A DNA stretch of 64,000 nt, from IMG/VR virus record IMGVR_UViG_3300027974_001530; one strand, 5' to 3'. Below, piece after piece: positions 33,585 to 43,968 of the stretch. The translations under genes were made by a program, and so were the position numbers. The notes beneath the pieces are model-generated. The model worked only from the letters and a program-made list of their open reading frames with translations. It had not been told where the DNA came from and did no database searches. Source of the stretch: a virus. Taxonomy: Duplodnaviria > Caudoviricetes. Each line of letters opens with the position of its first letter. Position 1 is the first letter of the stretch.

Positions 33585-33902
33585 TTACATGTAATCGTCG
33601 TTATCATACTCATCATTAACATCATAAAAATCATCAAAACAAGATTCTTCTTGTAATAAGTTTTCAAACACTTTTCTTATATGAGTATGAAAATTATTTC
33701 TAACCCACATATGTATAAGGTCATTATATCCTATACCACTTAATTGTAATAATTCTTTTTTATCTGAAACTTGCCAACAAATCTCGGTTAAAAATTCACT
33801 AAAGGTATAATCACAAACATCACCCTCAAGAACGTCAAATGACTCCTCAATTAGTTCTTTAATAATAGTATATCTTCTAATAAAAAGTATATTTTTATCC
33901 AT
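33585..33902 (-). CDS. RR..C paralog family protein
   Basis: FIRRY...VCDY. Confidence 0.8.
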   Translation of the reverse strand: MDKNILFIRRYTIIKELIEESFDVLEGDVCDYTFSEFLTEICWQVSDKKELLQLSGIGYNDLIHMWVRNNFHTHIRKVFENLLQEESCFDDFYDVNDEYDNDDYM

Positions 33903-33908
33903 ACTTAA

Positions 33909-34286
33909 TTAACAATCATAATTATCCTTATCTTCATTCCAAAGATTTGACAGATAATCAAAATACTCTTCATACATCATATCTGTTATCTCATCTCTTA
34001 AATGGTCTTCTTCTTCGTCTTTAAAAATTTCATCTTCTCTTTCGTAACCTTCATCACCATAAAAAAAACTTAATCCTTCTCCAATACAAAAATCTGCATA
34101 TTCTTCCCCATCATCAAAATTGCAAGGGTCTTGAACTTCTGTTTGAAACTCTATTGTATTTCTTACTTCTTGAATTCTTCTGAGTCTTTTTAGTTCTTCA
34201 GGAGTTATTGATTCATACAAACCATTTATTTGGTTATACTCTTTATTTAAAACAGATCTTACAATTTTTTCTATAATAGTACTCAT
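33909..34286 (-). CDS. RR..PC paralog family protein
   Basis: LYE leader; LRRI...DPCNF. Confidence 0.8.
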   Translation of the reverse strand: MSTIIEKIVRSVLNKEYNQINGLYESITPEELKRLRRIQEVRNTIEFQTEVQDPCNFDDGEEYADFCIGEGLSFFYGDEGYEREDEIFKDEEEDHLRDEITDMMYEEYFDYLSNLWNEDKDNYDC

Positions 34287-34396
34287 ATAAATAAATATAA
34301 TAAAAATAAAAAACCCCTAAACAATTTATTTAAGGGTTTTAATATTTAATTTACTTTTTTTATTACCATTTTGATATGTCAATATAGTTTTTAAAG

Positions 34397-34975
34397 TTAA
34401 AACATGGGTTTTTTTCTTTTAAATCTAAGATTTCTAAATACTCTATTTAATTTTCTTTTAAATTTTCTAGCGTTTCTTCTTAATTTGTTCATGAACATTT
34501 CAACGTCATGACCCGCAGCCTCAATTTTATCAATTAACATTTGTAATGGTCCAGGATCTGGACTATTTTCATCCATAGAATCCAAAGCAGAATCAATTTC
34601 ATCAACCAAAGCATCTTCAGATTCTCTTAATAAGTATTGTAATTCTCTATGACGAGGAATGTTAAAAGATTCATTCATTCCACCAAAACCATTCTTTATC
34701 CACTTACCCATTTTAGATCGTTTGAATTTTCGTTTTAAATTCATTTCTAATTTTCTACGATTCCTTCTTAGTTTTTTAATGAACATTTCAACGTCATGAC
34801 CCGCATCTTGTATTTTATTAATAATTCTTTCTAAAATTCCTGGATCAGGATTGTTCTCATCCACAGAATCTAACTCAGTATCAATTTCATCAACCAAAAC
34901 ATCTTCAGATTCTCTTATTACTCTTTTTACGATTCTTGCCAAATCATTTTCATTTAGTCTAACTATCCTTTTCAT
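34397..34975 (-). CDS. Leader-tagged protein with an internal tandem duplication
   Basis: LNENDLARIVKRVIRE; two ~70-aa ESED.LVDEID...AGHDVEMF..KLRRN repeats. Confidence 0.85.
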   Translation of the reverse strand: MKRIVRLNENDLARIVKRVIRESEDVLVDEIDTELDSVDENNPDPGILERIINKIQDAGHDVEMFIKKLRRNRRKLEMNLKRKFKRSKMGKWIKNGFGGMNESFNIPRHRELQYLLRESEDALVDEIDSALDSMDENSPDPGPLQMLIDKIEAAGHDVEMFMNKLRRNARKFKRKLNRVFRNLRFKRKKPMF

Positions 34976-34977
34976 TA

Positions 34978-35289
34978 TTATATAAGATTTCTAAGATTAG
35001 TTTGATACCCAGGATTTTTTTGGATGTATCCAACGGAAAGTATTCCGTTTGAAGTTGGGATATTATATCCTGTAGACTTATTTAAAGTCGCTATAATATT
35101 AGCATCTTTAATGGCAGTTCCTGGTACCGTTAGATCAACATACCCGATATTCCCATCACCAAATTTTTGTGCTACATATGTTTTAGGTCCAATTTTCATT
35201 GGTTTACCTAATTGTGATGCACCTTCGTTTATTACTCTTCTTACAATTCTTGCAAGATCTGATTCTGTTAGTCTAACTATCCTTTTCAT
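34978..35289 (-). CDS. Hypothetical protein with LTESDL leader
   Basis: MKRIVRLTESDLARIVRRVINE. Confidence 0.85.
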   Translation of the reverse strand: MKRIVRLTESDLARIVRRVINEGASQLGKPMKIGPKTYVAQKFGDGNIGYVDLTVPGTAIKDANIIATLNKSTGYNIPTSNGILSVGYIQKNPGYQTNLRNLI

Positions 35290-35420
35290 GTTTTTTTATT
35301 TTTAATTTTTAATTTCTTTAATAATAAATATGTACTATTAAAAAAAAAAATCATTTTATGGCGCAATTAATGGAAATAAACATTATATTTGTAATATATT
35401 AATCACTAAATAATTAAACC

Positions 35421-35978
35421 ATGAAAAATTTAATATCTTTTGTTTTTACTTTTTTGATTGTTTTTGTTTCAAATTCACAAACATATGAGATGTATTCTGA
35501 CGTTTGGGAGTATGTAAGTAAAGATAGTAAGATGATTGTCCCAAAAGGTGGTGGTTCATTTTCATTCCCATCTGAAGAGATGATTGGAAAAATTGACACA
35601 AACAAAATTAATTCTTACATGTTGGAATCATTTAACAACTTTAGAAAATCTTATGGTAAATCTCCCGTAACTGAAGATAAGGATTTAACAAAAAAATCTA
35701 AATCATACGCTAAATGTTTGGTGTCTGAATTTAAACATGACCCTAATTTACCAAATAATAATTCTGAAAATATTGCCGAATTAAATTTCATGTTATTTAC
35801 AAAAATTGATCTAAATAAATACGATATAAATAAAGTTATTGCCGACTGTTGTTTTGATATATTTATTAGATCTAAAGGCCACATGGAGATGTTGTTAAGT
35901 GAAAGATCAAACAAATATGGTTTTGGTATCTACAAGTCAACTCATTCTATTATGATCTGTCTTAGATATAAAGCATAA
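35421..35978 (+). CDS. Secreted CAP/SCP-domain protein
   Basis: Signal peptide; FNNFRKSYG, FKH, SENIA, SKGH, YGFG; host promoter TATATTTG at 35384. Confidence 0.75.
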   Translation: MKNLISFVFTFLIVFVSNSQTYEMYSDVWEYVSKDSKMIVPKGGGSFSFPSEEMIGKIDTNKINSYMLESFNNFRKSYGKSPVTEDKDLTKKSKSYAKCLVSEFKHDPNLPNNNSENIAELNFMLFTKIDLNKYDINKVIADCCFDIFIRSKGHMEMLLSERSNKYGFGIYKSTHSIMICLRYKA

Positions 35979-36018
35979 AAAAAGAGGACTAAGTCCTCTT
36001 TTTTGTATTATAAATAAC

Positions 36019-37968
36019 TTATAGTTTGCTTCCAAACGCCTCACATTTTGTCGCTCCGTTTTTCTTACCTGCCGGAGGTCCGTATGTTCCTCTTGCCCTT
36101 CTTTTAAATGTAAAAAGTTGTTTCCATTTAATTCTTAATCCGGGGATTGGAATTTTAAACGGTTTTTTACCAGGTGCGTAGAAATAAATTGGGTAAAGAT
36201 TAGTTTCTATAACTTCAACTTCTGGGTCAAAATCTTTTTTCTTATCATCCGGTGGTGTATTATCGGGTTCTGGTTTATAGTCGTCATTAAATATTAGTTT
36301 AACCGATCCATTAATAAATTTATATTTATCATATTCTAATATGTTAGTATGTGGGGTTCCGCACTCAGTTCTAAGTACGGTTTTTCCATTTAACGTACAT
36401 GATGGGTCATTTGGACCACAATTTGGTGTCATAGGAAAATTACCTTTCGCAATAAATCCTTTGCCCATTGGTGGGTTAGGTCCAGATGAACCGTCTCCGT
36501 TACCCTTGGGGTTTGTGTCCGTTGGATTTGCGTCCGTGTCAAAATAATATTTTGTATTACCGTCAATTAAAACACCAATCGCCGATAATTCTCTTATCAT
36601 TATTGCTTTACCTGTTGCCAATCTATTTTCTGATAATTGTTTAAATGATAATGTTGCAGCTTTTCCCCCATTTCTTAATCTTGATGCTGATGCCTGTAGA
36701 TACATAGCTTCAAGGTAGGCCTTAGGTTTACCTTCAGGTGGAGTTAATCCTGACATTTGTTTTTGTATTAACGAACAAAGATCTTTCATTTCTTGTACGA
36801 AAATTTGTGCAAAAGACTCATCCCACTCATTATCTTTAAATAAATTTTTATCGTTATCAGGATTTAACGGAAATTCAAAAGTTTCCGTAGGGTATAGTTT
36901 TTCTTCTTGAGGAATGTTATTAACTATAGGGTCCTCTTCACACTCTCTGATGAATGTTTCTTGATCAATACCAACACCAACTTTTCGCCATTTTTTTTCT
37001 TCATAAGTGTCATTAAATCTTTCTAACACGGCAACCGCATATGCGATTTCTTCAGGATCTGCCTTTAATGTTGCCCAATTAGATTTAGATGTTTTAGACA
37101 TAAGACTAACCATTTTAGATTCATTCTCTTTTAAATAAGATACGTACTCATCCTCCCCAATTGAAGGTTCCATTTCTTCTTCCGAACTAAAGTCTTCTGA
37201 TGCCGAACCTCTACCTTTACCAAATGTTAACCAACCTACTCTACCAATTTTTATCGTACCTCTTTTATTTTTTGCCCATACTTTATCTAATGATTTAATT
37301 TTACGACTATTCTTACGTTTGTAATTTTTACCTTTTTTTCTACGTTTTTTATGTTCAATGTTAAGATCAATACCTTTTACATTTTTCATGAATTTTCTAA
37401 AACCGTTTTTTACTTTTTTACCAAATTTTTCCATTGCTTCTTTGGTAGGTCTACCAATTTTTCTTTTAAACCATCGAGCAAATTTAGTTCTTTTAAATTT
37501 TTTACCCCACTGTTTAAAACAGTCAGCTAAATATTCGGGACATCTTTCTATTAATAGGTCGGCTTCAATTAATAATCTTTGATCTGATTCGGTTAAAGTT
37601 TCACCCTCATCCTCATCACCAAGGAAATCTTTAAATGTTGTTCTAAGATATTCATCATATTCTTCAGGGTAATACGCAATTATTGCGTCATAATCCTCGT
37701 CTGATTCAAGATCAGGGATACCTGATAAATCCTCTTCACCTTCAGGATCTTCCTCTTCTTGTTCTAAGATAAAATTTTTAGTACCACCATATTTAAGTTG
37801 TTCCTCAATTAATCTTTGTTTTTCCAATAGATTTAAAAAGGTTTTCTTTTCTCCTTGTTCAGAGATAAACCCGACTGAAGAATTTGTTATCTTTTCTTCA
37901 ATTAATTTATTATCCATTCTTTTATTAATTTCTTGGATATATCGTATTTTACTATAACTCCTATTCAT
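36019..37968 (-). CDS. Large leader-tagged protein, possible OmpA-like C-terminal domain
   Basis: Multiple ISEQ/IEEQ/ILEQ sites in the N-terminus; QASASRLRN...LSENRL...L..IGV resembles the OmpA-C motif. Confidence 0.8.
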   Translation of the reverse strand: MNRSYSKIRYIQEINKRMDNKLIEEKITNSSVGFISEQGEKKTFLNLLEKQRLIEEQLKYGGTKNFILEQEEEDPEGEEDLSGIPDLESDEDYDAIIAYYPEEYDEYLRTTFKDFLGDEDEGETLTESDQRLLIEADLLIERCPEYLADCFKQWGKKFKRTKFARWFKRKIGRPTKEAMEKFGKKVKNGFRKFMKNVKGIDLNIEHKKRRKKGKNYKRKNSRKIKSLDKVWAKNKRGTIKIGRVGWLTFGKGRGSASEDFSSEEEMEPSIGEDEYVSYLKENESKMVSLMSKTSKSNWATLKADPEEIAYAVAVLERFNDTYEEKKWRKVGVGIDQETFIRECEEDPIVNNIPQEEKLYPTETFEFPLNPDNDKNLFKDNEWDESFAQIFVQEMKDLCSLIQKQMSGLTPPEGKPKAYLEAMYLQASASRLRNGGKAATLSFKQLSENRLATGKAIMIRELSAIGVLIDGNTKYYFDTDANPTDTNPKGNGDGSSGPNPPMGKGFIAKGNFPMTPNCGPNDPSCTLNGKTVLRTECGTPHTNILEYDKYKFINGSVKLIFNDDYKPEPDNTPPDDKKKDFDPEVEVIETNLYPIYFYAPGKKPFKIPIPGLRIKWKQLFTFKRRARGTYGPPAGKKNGATKCEAFGSKL

Positions 37969-38017
37969 ATAATTTTTATTATAAATATCGTGGAGTTTAA
38001 AAAAAAATAAATGTTTT

Positions 38018-38428
38018 TTAAATTTCTTTGAGTTCAGATACATTAATACCGGCAGCTTCACTTGGCCATGTTGGGTGATCATCAGGGTAATTGTATCTTA
38101 CATTTTTAGGTAATCTATCGTATATTTTTCCTAAAAGATCTTCAAGGAGATCTTTATTCCATTCACCACTACGACTATATTCATCTCCACCATCACCAAC
38201 AAAAAGATAATTTTCCATTTCATCTTTATTTACAGTAATATTAATATAAATAATGTAATATTTACTTTGATCTCTATAATCATTAGAAGTCTTAAATTCA
38301 TTAAAAGACAAATTTTTAATAAAAGGATATTTTGACCTAACCATATCTTTAAATAAATTAAAACCAAAATCATATTTGGTTTTATTTTTTAAATCATTAA
38401 ATTGACCTTCTGTTATTATTATTTTCAT
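38018..38428 (-). CDS. Hypothetical protein with IIITExQ leader
   Basis: MKIIITEGQF. Confidence 0.8.
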   Translation of the reverse strand: MKIIITEGQFNDLKNKTKYDFGFNLFKDMVRSKYPFIKNLSFNEFKTSNDYRDQSKYYIIYINITVNKDEMENYLFVGDGGDEYSRSGEWNKDLLEDLLGKIYDRLPKNVRYNYPDDHPTWPSEAAGINVSELKEI

Positions 38429-38433
38429 ATCTT

Positions 38434-39291
38434 TTATCCAAATACCACTTCACCCATTACACAAAGTTGTAGGAATACATCGGCATCTCCGGCATCTCCT
38501 TCTTCTAACAGGATTCGTTCCCATATCTCAGGGTAATCTTTTTTTATAATAGGAATTGATTCCAATATTTTATCCATATCAATATAACCTAATTTTGTTT
38601 CTTCTAAATCACTATAATAACTTTTATCGTCTTTTAAATCACCAGTAATATCATAATCACCATCAATATAGTTACGTTTTACCTCCCTGTACTCCTCAAT
38701 ATCATAAACTTCAATATTACCACCTTGTAGGATATATTCACCAACGGCCTCTGATGTTGATTGTCCATAGGATCTTATATTTTTAGGTAAATCCATGTAA
38801 TACCAATAGTTTGATCCTCCTTCTAAGGCGGTAACAAATAAATCAATTAAATTATCCTTTGTTAAACTTTTTTTCAACGCCTCTTCTCGATATCTATTGT
38901 ATCTAAATGACCACCCAAGACCACCGGCACTATAGATATTCCAATCCCTTATTCTTTCTTTTGTTTTTTCAATATCGTGTTCAGAAAGATATTTTTTTAA
39001 ACGTTCAAGTTCTTTTTTTGCTGGTTCGACAATTTCTTTTTTTATGTGATCTAAAACATACTCATCTTTTATGTGTGAGGTGTCAAAATTTGAGTAATGT
39101 TCAACGTCTTTCTCCTTCTCTTTAATATTTTTTTTTAGATTTTCAAGATCTTCTAAAGCCTCTTTTTCTGCCAATTCCTCAACTTGACGCATTTCATCGG
39201 CAGTTAAACCATATTTATTAAGTTCTTCACTTTCATTTAAAAAATTACTTTTTAAAGTATTATATTGATCCTCACTTACTATTATTTTCAT
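38434..39291 (-). CDS. Hypothetical protein with IIVSExQ leader
   Basis: MKIIVSEDQY..FLNE; C-terminal ALEGGSNYW...DADVFLQ module. Confidence 0.85.
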   Translation of the reverse strand: MKIIVSEDQYNTLKSNFLNESEELNKYGLTADEMRQVEELAEKEALEDLENLKKNIKEKEKDVEHYSNFDTSHIKDEYVLDHIKKEIVEPAKKELERLKKYLSEHDIEKTKERIRDWNIYSAGGLGWSFRYNRYREEALKKSLTKDNLIDLFVTALEGGSNYWYYMDLPKNIRSYGQSTSEAVGEYILQGGNIEVYDIEEYREVKRNYIDGDYDITGDLKDDKSYYSDLEETKLGYIDMDKILESIPIIKKDYPEIWERILLEEGDAGDADVFLQLCVMGEVVFG

Positions 39292-39293
39292 AA

Positions 39294-39854
39294 TTAATCT
39301 TTTCTTAGTTCTTCAAAAACCTCATCACACCTTTCTGATAACATTTTTAGGTAATCATTTTCTAACCATCTTTTAATGTCATTAAAACTATTAAACTCTG
39401 TTGGAGCGTCCTCCATATGGTTAAAATCTCCATTTATATCTTCTTCTCTTAACTCTTGACCATCGTAATTCCAACTATAAAATTCAAAATCAATAGGAAT
39501 GTAACACTCACCATTCCAATAAGGGGTTGCCCACCCTGATAAAGATTCATTGGATTCTGAGTCTAATTTTTTACATGTAAACTCAAGAGACCCTGCCATA
39601 CGATCAAATCCAAAATCAAAGTTATGGTTGTTAAAAATTTTTGGTTCTGAGGTTAATATTTTTATTTGATCTCGTATCATATCATAAAGATCTTGACATG
39701 ATATTTCAGGCATATCCCCATTAAAAATTACCGATAATGCCCTTAAATTAAGATTATATCTTTTTAAAGTTTGGTAAACACCAACATCGTCAATTGAATC
39801 CTCTAAAGTTTTTTTTAGACCACCAAGTTGATTTTCGTTTAAGATAATTTTCAT
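39294..39854 (-). CDS. Hypothetical protein with IILNExQ leader
   Basis: MKIILNENQL. Confidence 0.85.
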   Translation of the reverse strand: MKIILNENQLGGLKKTLEDSIDDVGVYQTLKRYNLNLRALSVIFNGDMPEISCQDLYDMIRDQIKILTSEPKIFNNHNFDFGFDRMAGSLEFTCKKLDSESNESLSGWATPYWNGECYIPIDFEFYSWNYDGQELREEDINGDFNHMEDAPTEFNSFNDIKRWLENDYLKMLSERCDEVFEELRKD

Positions 39855-39897
39855 ATAAATAAATATATGGGAGAATGATTATAAGTTTAATTTCATT

Positions 39898-40377
39898 TTA
39901 TAATCTAAATTCTTCATCAGTTACATTACTGTCATATACGTCACTATCAACAATTGTCCATTCCCAAGGACGGATTTCCTCACTTTCTCTTAAAGACCAA
40001 AGATAAGAGGAATCAAAATCATCCCCATCTAAATAAGTTGTCATATTTTCGGAATATGTGTTTTGTTGATATAAGGTCTCTTCCACAACATATTCAACGG
40101 AACGTTCTTTATTTTCAGGTCTATTAATAACGTCTCCTTCTATTTTTTCTTCATTATTATATTTTATAAGGCACCAAATATATTCAATATCCATACGACT
40201 TCCTCCTGCAATAGGAGTAAAAATTTTTTTAAATAGATTATTGTTATCTGAAATTTCTGAAGAGAATTCCGAGATTTCAGTACTATCGATATATGACTGT
40301 ATTACCATTGGGTATATAAAATTATAATATCTTATAATAGCGGAGTCCGATAATTTTTCTAATTTAGATTTTTCCAT
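39898..40377 (-). CDS. Hypothetical protein, paralog of 40389-40877
   Basis: MEKSKLEK...PIAGG..DIEY...PWEW. Confidence 0.8.
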   Translation of the reverse strand: MEKSKLEKLSDSAIIRYYNFIYPMVIQSYIDSTEISEFSSEISDNNNLFKKIFTPIAGGSRMDIEYIWCLIKYNNEEKIEGDVINRPENKERSVEYVVEETLYQQNTYSENMTTYLDGDDFDSSYLWSLRESEEIRPWEWTIVDSDVYDSNVTDEEFRL

Positions 40378-40388
40378 AATAATAAATA

Positions 40389-40877
40389 TCAATTAAAGTC
40401 AAACCAATCATCTCTTTGGTCCCAATCTAATTCCTCTCTATCGGTCTCATCCCAATCGTAAGGTTCAAAATCGGACGCACCCCTTAAATCAAATAAGTAA
40501 CCACTATCTAAATTGTCAGGAATATACGTGTCAATACCACCAGATCGTGTTATTCTAGTCAATATTCTTTCTTCTGTGATATATTCGATCTCTTTATATT
40601 CAAATGTGGGTCTTGTTATTTTACCATCATCTTGATTTGAGACGTATAATATATAATATAGATACTCAATGTCGGTTCGTTTAAAAGAACCCCCCACAGG
40701 TGACATTATTGATCTTTTTAACCCATTTTGTTCTGTCCTGTAATTCGAACTTAAAAAACCATAGAAATCACTAATGTCCTCAAAGCCAATGTTGGCGTCA
40801 GATAATAATTTTTTTACATGATTTCGGTACCTAATCAAACCATCATCACCTATTCTTTCAAATTTAGATTTTTCCAT
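40389..40877 (-). CDS. Hypothetical protein, paralog of 39898-40377
   Basis: MEKSKFER...PVGG..DIEY...PYDW. Confidence 0.8.
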   Translation of the reverse strand: MEKSKFERIGDDGLIRYRNHVKKLLSDANIGFEDISDFYGFLSSNYRTEQNGLKRSIMSPVGGSFKRTDIEYLYYILYVSNQDDGKITRPTFEYKEIEYITEERILTRITRSGGIDTYIPDNLDSGYLFDLRGASDFEPYDWDETDREELDWDQRDDWFDFN

Positions 40878-40932
40878 GTTAATAAATATTATAAAAAATT
40901 AAAAACCCCTCCGGTTAGAGGGGTATAATGTA

Positions 40933-41112
40933 TTACAATCTAGATGCGGTTTCCATAATAAGTCTCAATTTGTTCTCAAGTTCTCTAATTTCTCTAAGTT
41001 GACTTTCATTTGGTTCCAAAGATTCACCTCTAATAGATGAAATTTTGTTTTGTGTTCTCGTATACTCATACATCAGTTGATTATACTTTTCGGCTTTTTG
41101 TGAATCGTTCAT
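40933..41112 (-). CDS. Small coiled-coil protein (59 aa)
   Basis: Manually read ORF MNDSQKAEKYNQLM...TASRL between a TATTTAT-like motif and a terminator. Confidence 0.6.
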   Translation of the reverse strand: MNDSQKAEKYNQLMYEYTRTQNKISSIRGESLEPNESQLREIRELENKLRLIMETASRL

Positions 41113-41206
41113 AATTATTATATAGTTAATAAATAGAGAAAGGAAATAAAATTTTGTTTATATTAAAAATAATTGTACATTTGTTTTATAATTAAACAAA
41201 ATACCA

Positions 41207-41704
41207 ATGAAACCACTAATGACCTTTTTAATTCTATTTTTATCATTTTTAAATTTTTCACAAAATGTAATTGATGTTTCGATTTCTAAGATTGGAATAT
41301 TTTCTAAGTATGGGAAGGACTCTTTACATTTAATGATTAAGAAATCAGAGTGTGGAGAATACTCTAAAACATATACTCCAGTCAACTTGAAACTTGTGAT
41401 CAATAAATCTGAAAAAAGAATTTATAGATTTAAAAACAATTTACCTTTAGATACTTTGATGGTTAAAAAAATCTTTTTTAAAGATTCAATATACTCAATT
41501 ACTACACAAGAATTATGTGATCCAAATTACGCTGAATATGAAGGACAAATTATTGATTGTTTTTTAGTGTTAGACACAAGAAAAAATCAAACAAATAAAA
41601 ACACTCCGACTATGTGCTACTATTGGAATTGGAATTTTTCTTTAAATGATGTTCCTGTTGATTACTTTACAGGTCGGGTTAGTGATTATGTAACTATAAA
41701 ATAA
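41207..41704 (+). CDS. Secreted hypothetical protein
   Basis: Signal peptide; host promoter TACATTTG at 41176. Confidence 0.75.
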   Translation: MKPLMTFLILFLSFLNFSQNVIDVSISKIGIFSKYGKDSLHLMIKKSECGEYSKTYTPVNLKLVINKSEKRIYRFKNNLPLDTLMVKKIFFKDSIYSITTQELCDPNYAEYEGQIIDCFLVLDTRKNQTNKNTPTMCYYWNWNFSLNDVPVDYFTGRVSDYVTIK

Positions 41705-41725
41705 AAGGGTCTAACGATCCTTTTA

Positions 41726-42388
41726 TTATGCAACGTCTTGAATCCCATTCCACGTTAAAGAATTTGGTAAGGCCGGAAATCCCATTCTACCTAATTCGGC
41801 ATTTATATCATTTCGTAATGAACCCATCCATCCGTCTAAATCTTTTAACGCCATAGAAAGACTTAATTCTACAGACGCTCTAGCACCACCTTTTGTTGTG
41901 TCCATTGATTGTTTTTTAAATTGTTCGGTAAATGACGGCATAGTTAAAATTTGAAACTTTCCACTTTTTAATTTCGCACATTTAACGGTAAAATAATCGG
42001 CCTGATGAGGTTTGTTGTTAGGATACCCTTTTGAATCTTGTTCATCGGCTAAAAAAAATGATAAATAATAACCAAATGGAGCACTTAATGCCATATTTGG
42101 GGACTCAACAGGTTTTACTAATGGTTGATTTTGTGCTTGTATCATTACCCCAACATATATAGGCGTTTTTTTGTCAACAAAAATCAATGAACCTTTTCCT
42201 GGATACGTTAAAGGATTTGACGCCGCAATTTCTTTTATAACTTGTTTTTTACCTTGGGGGTTATTTGATATTCCTTGTACTGCATTCCAATACTCTGAGT
42301 TTTGTTCATTAATTAAAGGAAGGACAATACCATGTTGTGATTCCATTAAGTTTAACATTCTATTTATATTTTCTTTTATTGTTTTCAT
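41726..42388 (-). CDS. Hypothetical protein with LMES..PLINEQ leader
   Basis: MKTIKENINRMLNLMESQHGIVLPLINEQ. Confidence 0.85.
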   Translation of the reverse strand: MKTIKENINRMLNLMESQHGIVLPLINEQNSEYWNAVQGISNNPQGKKQVIKEIAASNPLTYPGKGSLIFVDKKTPIYVGVMIQAQNQPLVKPVESPNMALSAPFGYYLSFFLADEQDSKGYPNNKPHQADYFTVKCAKLKSGKFQILTMPSFTEQFKKQSMDTTKGGARASVELSLSMALKDLDGWMGSLRNDINAELGRMGFPALPNSLTWNGIQDVA

Positions 42389-42415
42389 ATTAAATAAATA
42401 TCATTAAATTTTATT

Positions 42416-42745
42416 TTAAAACCTTGACACCGAACACTTACGGGTAAAAAGATTTCTAATATAATTACCGTAGTTCTCCTCAACTATTTTATTTAACATA
42501 CTGATGTCCATTTCTGAACCACCCTTTTCGGAAGTATCGTGAAAGAAATTCCAATTCTGATTAACAAATTCCTCAATAGATCTGCCTACAAGATTATCAT
42601 AAAATGCATATGGGCTATTATTACGACACCACCATGCACCATCTTCATTTAATTCATACCCCTCAATCTGACCTTCAACAATTTCAATAAATTGTTGTAT
42701 TCGTCTAATAAGATAGTTTTGGTTTTCTGTTATAATGATTTTCAT
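42416..42745 (-). CDS. RR..C family protein with IIITE leader
   Basis: MKIIITENQNYLIRRI. Confidence 0.8.
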   Translation of the reverse strand: MKIIITENQNYLIRRIQQFIEIVEGQIEGYELNEDGAWWCRNNSPYAFYDNLVGRSIEEFVNQNWNFFHDTSEKGGSEMDISMLNKIVEENYGNYIRNLFTRKCSVSRF

Positions 42746-42758
42746 AGTTTATTAATAG

Positions 42759-43109
42759 TTAATAATCCGATTCATCTTCATCATCGTCTTCATTACAATA
42801 ACGGTCCCGATATTCCCGTTGAATTAATCCACGGTACTTACCAATTATTAGTTTACGTATAAACTCATCAAGTTCTTTGTCTTCAACATACACATTACCA
42901 GAAAGTTCAGTATATGAATTAATAAATGTTGGTATAGACCCATTTACTACGTTAGTTTCATAACTATAATACGTATTGTATTCACAAGCATTAGTGTAAT
43001 CAAAACCCTCAATAACAATATCTTTTAATTGATCATTAATTTCAGGATAATGCAATCTCCTAAGTAGCCATTGAATTTTACTTTGAGACTCAGTTATGAT
43101 TATTCGCAT
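42759..43109 (-). CDS. RR..C family protein with IIITE leader
   Basis: MRIIITESQ..WLLRRL...ACEY. Confidence 0.8.
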   Translation of the reverse strand: MRIIITESQSKIQWLLRRLHYPEINDQLKDIVIEGFDYTNACEYNTYYSYETNVVNGSIPTFINSYTELSGNVYVEDKELDEFIRKLIIGKYRGLIQREYRDRYCNEDDDEDESDY

Positions 43110-43405
43110 GATTCAAATGATTTGTGAAAAAATTTTTTTAGTTTGTCGTAATAACCATAATCCTCAAAAAATCTATACAGATCTTTATTGTGATACGAAT
43201 TTTTAATTCCAAGTGTTTGATTAATTTCCCATACAATTCCCAAAATAACGTCATCAGCAAAAAATAATGCGTCCTTTTCTGTGTTCGACCATATTCTACA
43301 AATGTCTTTAGGGTTTAATCTAGAAATAATTTCGTCAGCAATACTAAGTCTTCGAATAAATGAAAGAATTTGTTTATGTTGATCTTCGGTTATAATTATC
43401 CTCAT
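43100..43405 (-). CDS. RR..C family protein with IIITE leader
   Basis: MRIIITEDQ..FIRRL...DICR. Confidence 0.8.
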   Translation of the reverse strand: MRIIITEDQHKQILSFIRRLSIADEIISRLNPKDICRIWSNTEKDALFFADDVILGIVWEINQTLGIKNSYHNKDLYRFFEDYGYYDKLKKFFHKSFESCE

Positions 43406-43500
43406 ATAGGATAAATACATTTAAAAATAAAAAATAATACCCTATAGTTGTTTGAACCAAAAAAATCCATTACATTTGTAATAACCTTAAAAAAAATATT

Positions 43501-43968
43501 ATGAAAACTTTTATTATCTCTTTCTTGTTCTTTGTCTTCACTTCATTTATTGTAAAAGACGTAAATTTAAATGACAATGTTAATTATAAAACAGAACCAA
43601 ATGATTCTTTAATTAGTATTTCAGTTAGAAAAATTAATTACACAAGAAATATAGATTCGGTTGTTTATAACAAAGAAATTAGAGAAACAAATACAGAATA
43701 CTTTATTGATTTAAAAAATAACACCCTTAATGTAAATTTTTCTGATGGTTCTTCAGTTTTTATCGATTCAATTAAAGTTGTGAAAAATATTAATTCATAT
43801 GAAGTCTATTTTTTTGATAATGATTTGATGGGTAACGTACCATCAATCTACACAAAAATAAAAATCGACCCTGTATTAAACAAGGTCGACTATATTGAAA
43901 GAAATTTAGAGTACAATAACGACTATAATCGATATGAATTCTTAGATTTTAAAATGGATATTAAATAA
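43501..43968 (+). CDS. Secreted hypothetical protein
   Basis: Signal peptide; host promoter TTTG(43451)..TACATTTG(43471). Confidence 0.75.
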   Translation: MKTFIISFLFFVFTSFIVKDVNLNDNVNYKTEPNDSLISISVRKINYTRNIDSVVYNKEIRETNTEYFIDLKNNTLNVNFSDGSSVFIDSIKVVKNINSYEVYFFDNDLMGNVPSIYTKIKIDPVLNKVDYIERNLEYNNDYNRYEFLDFKMDIK

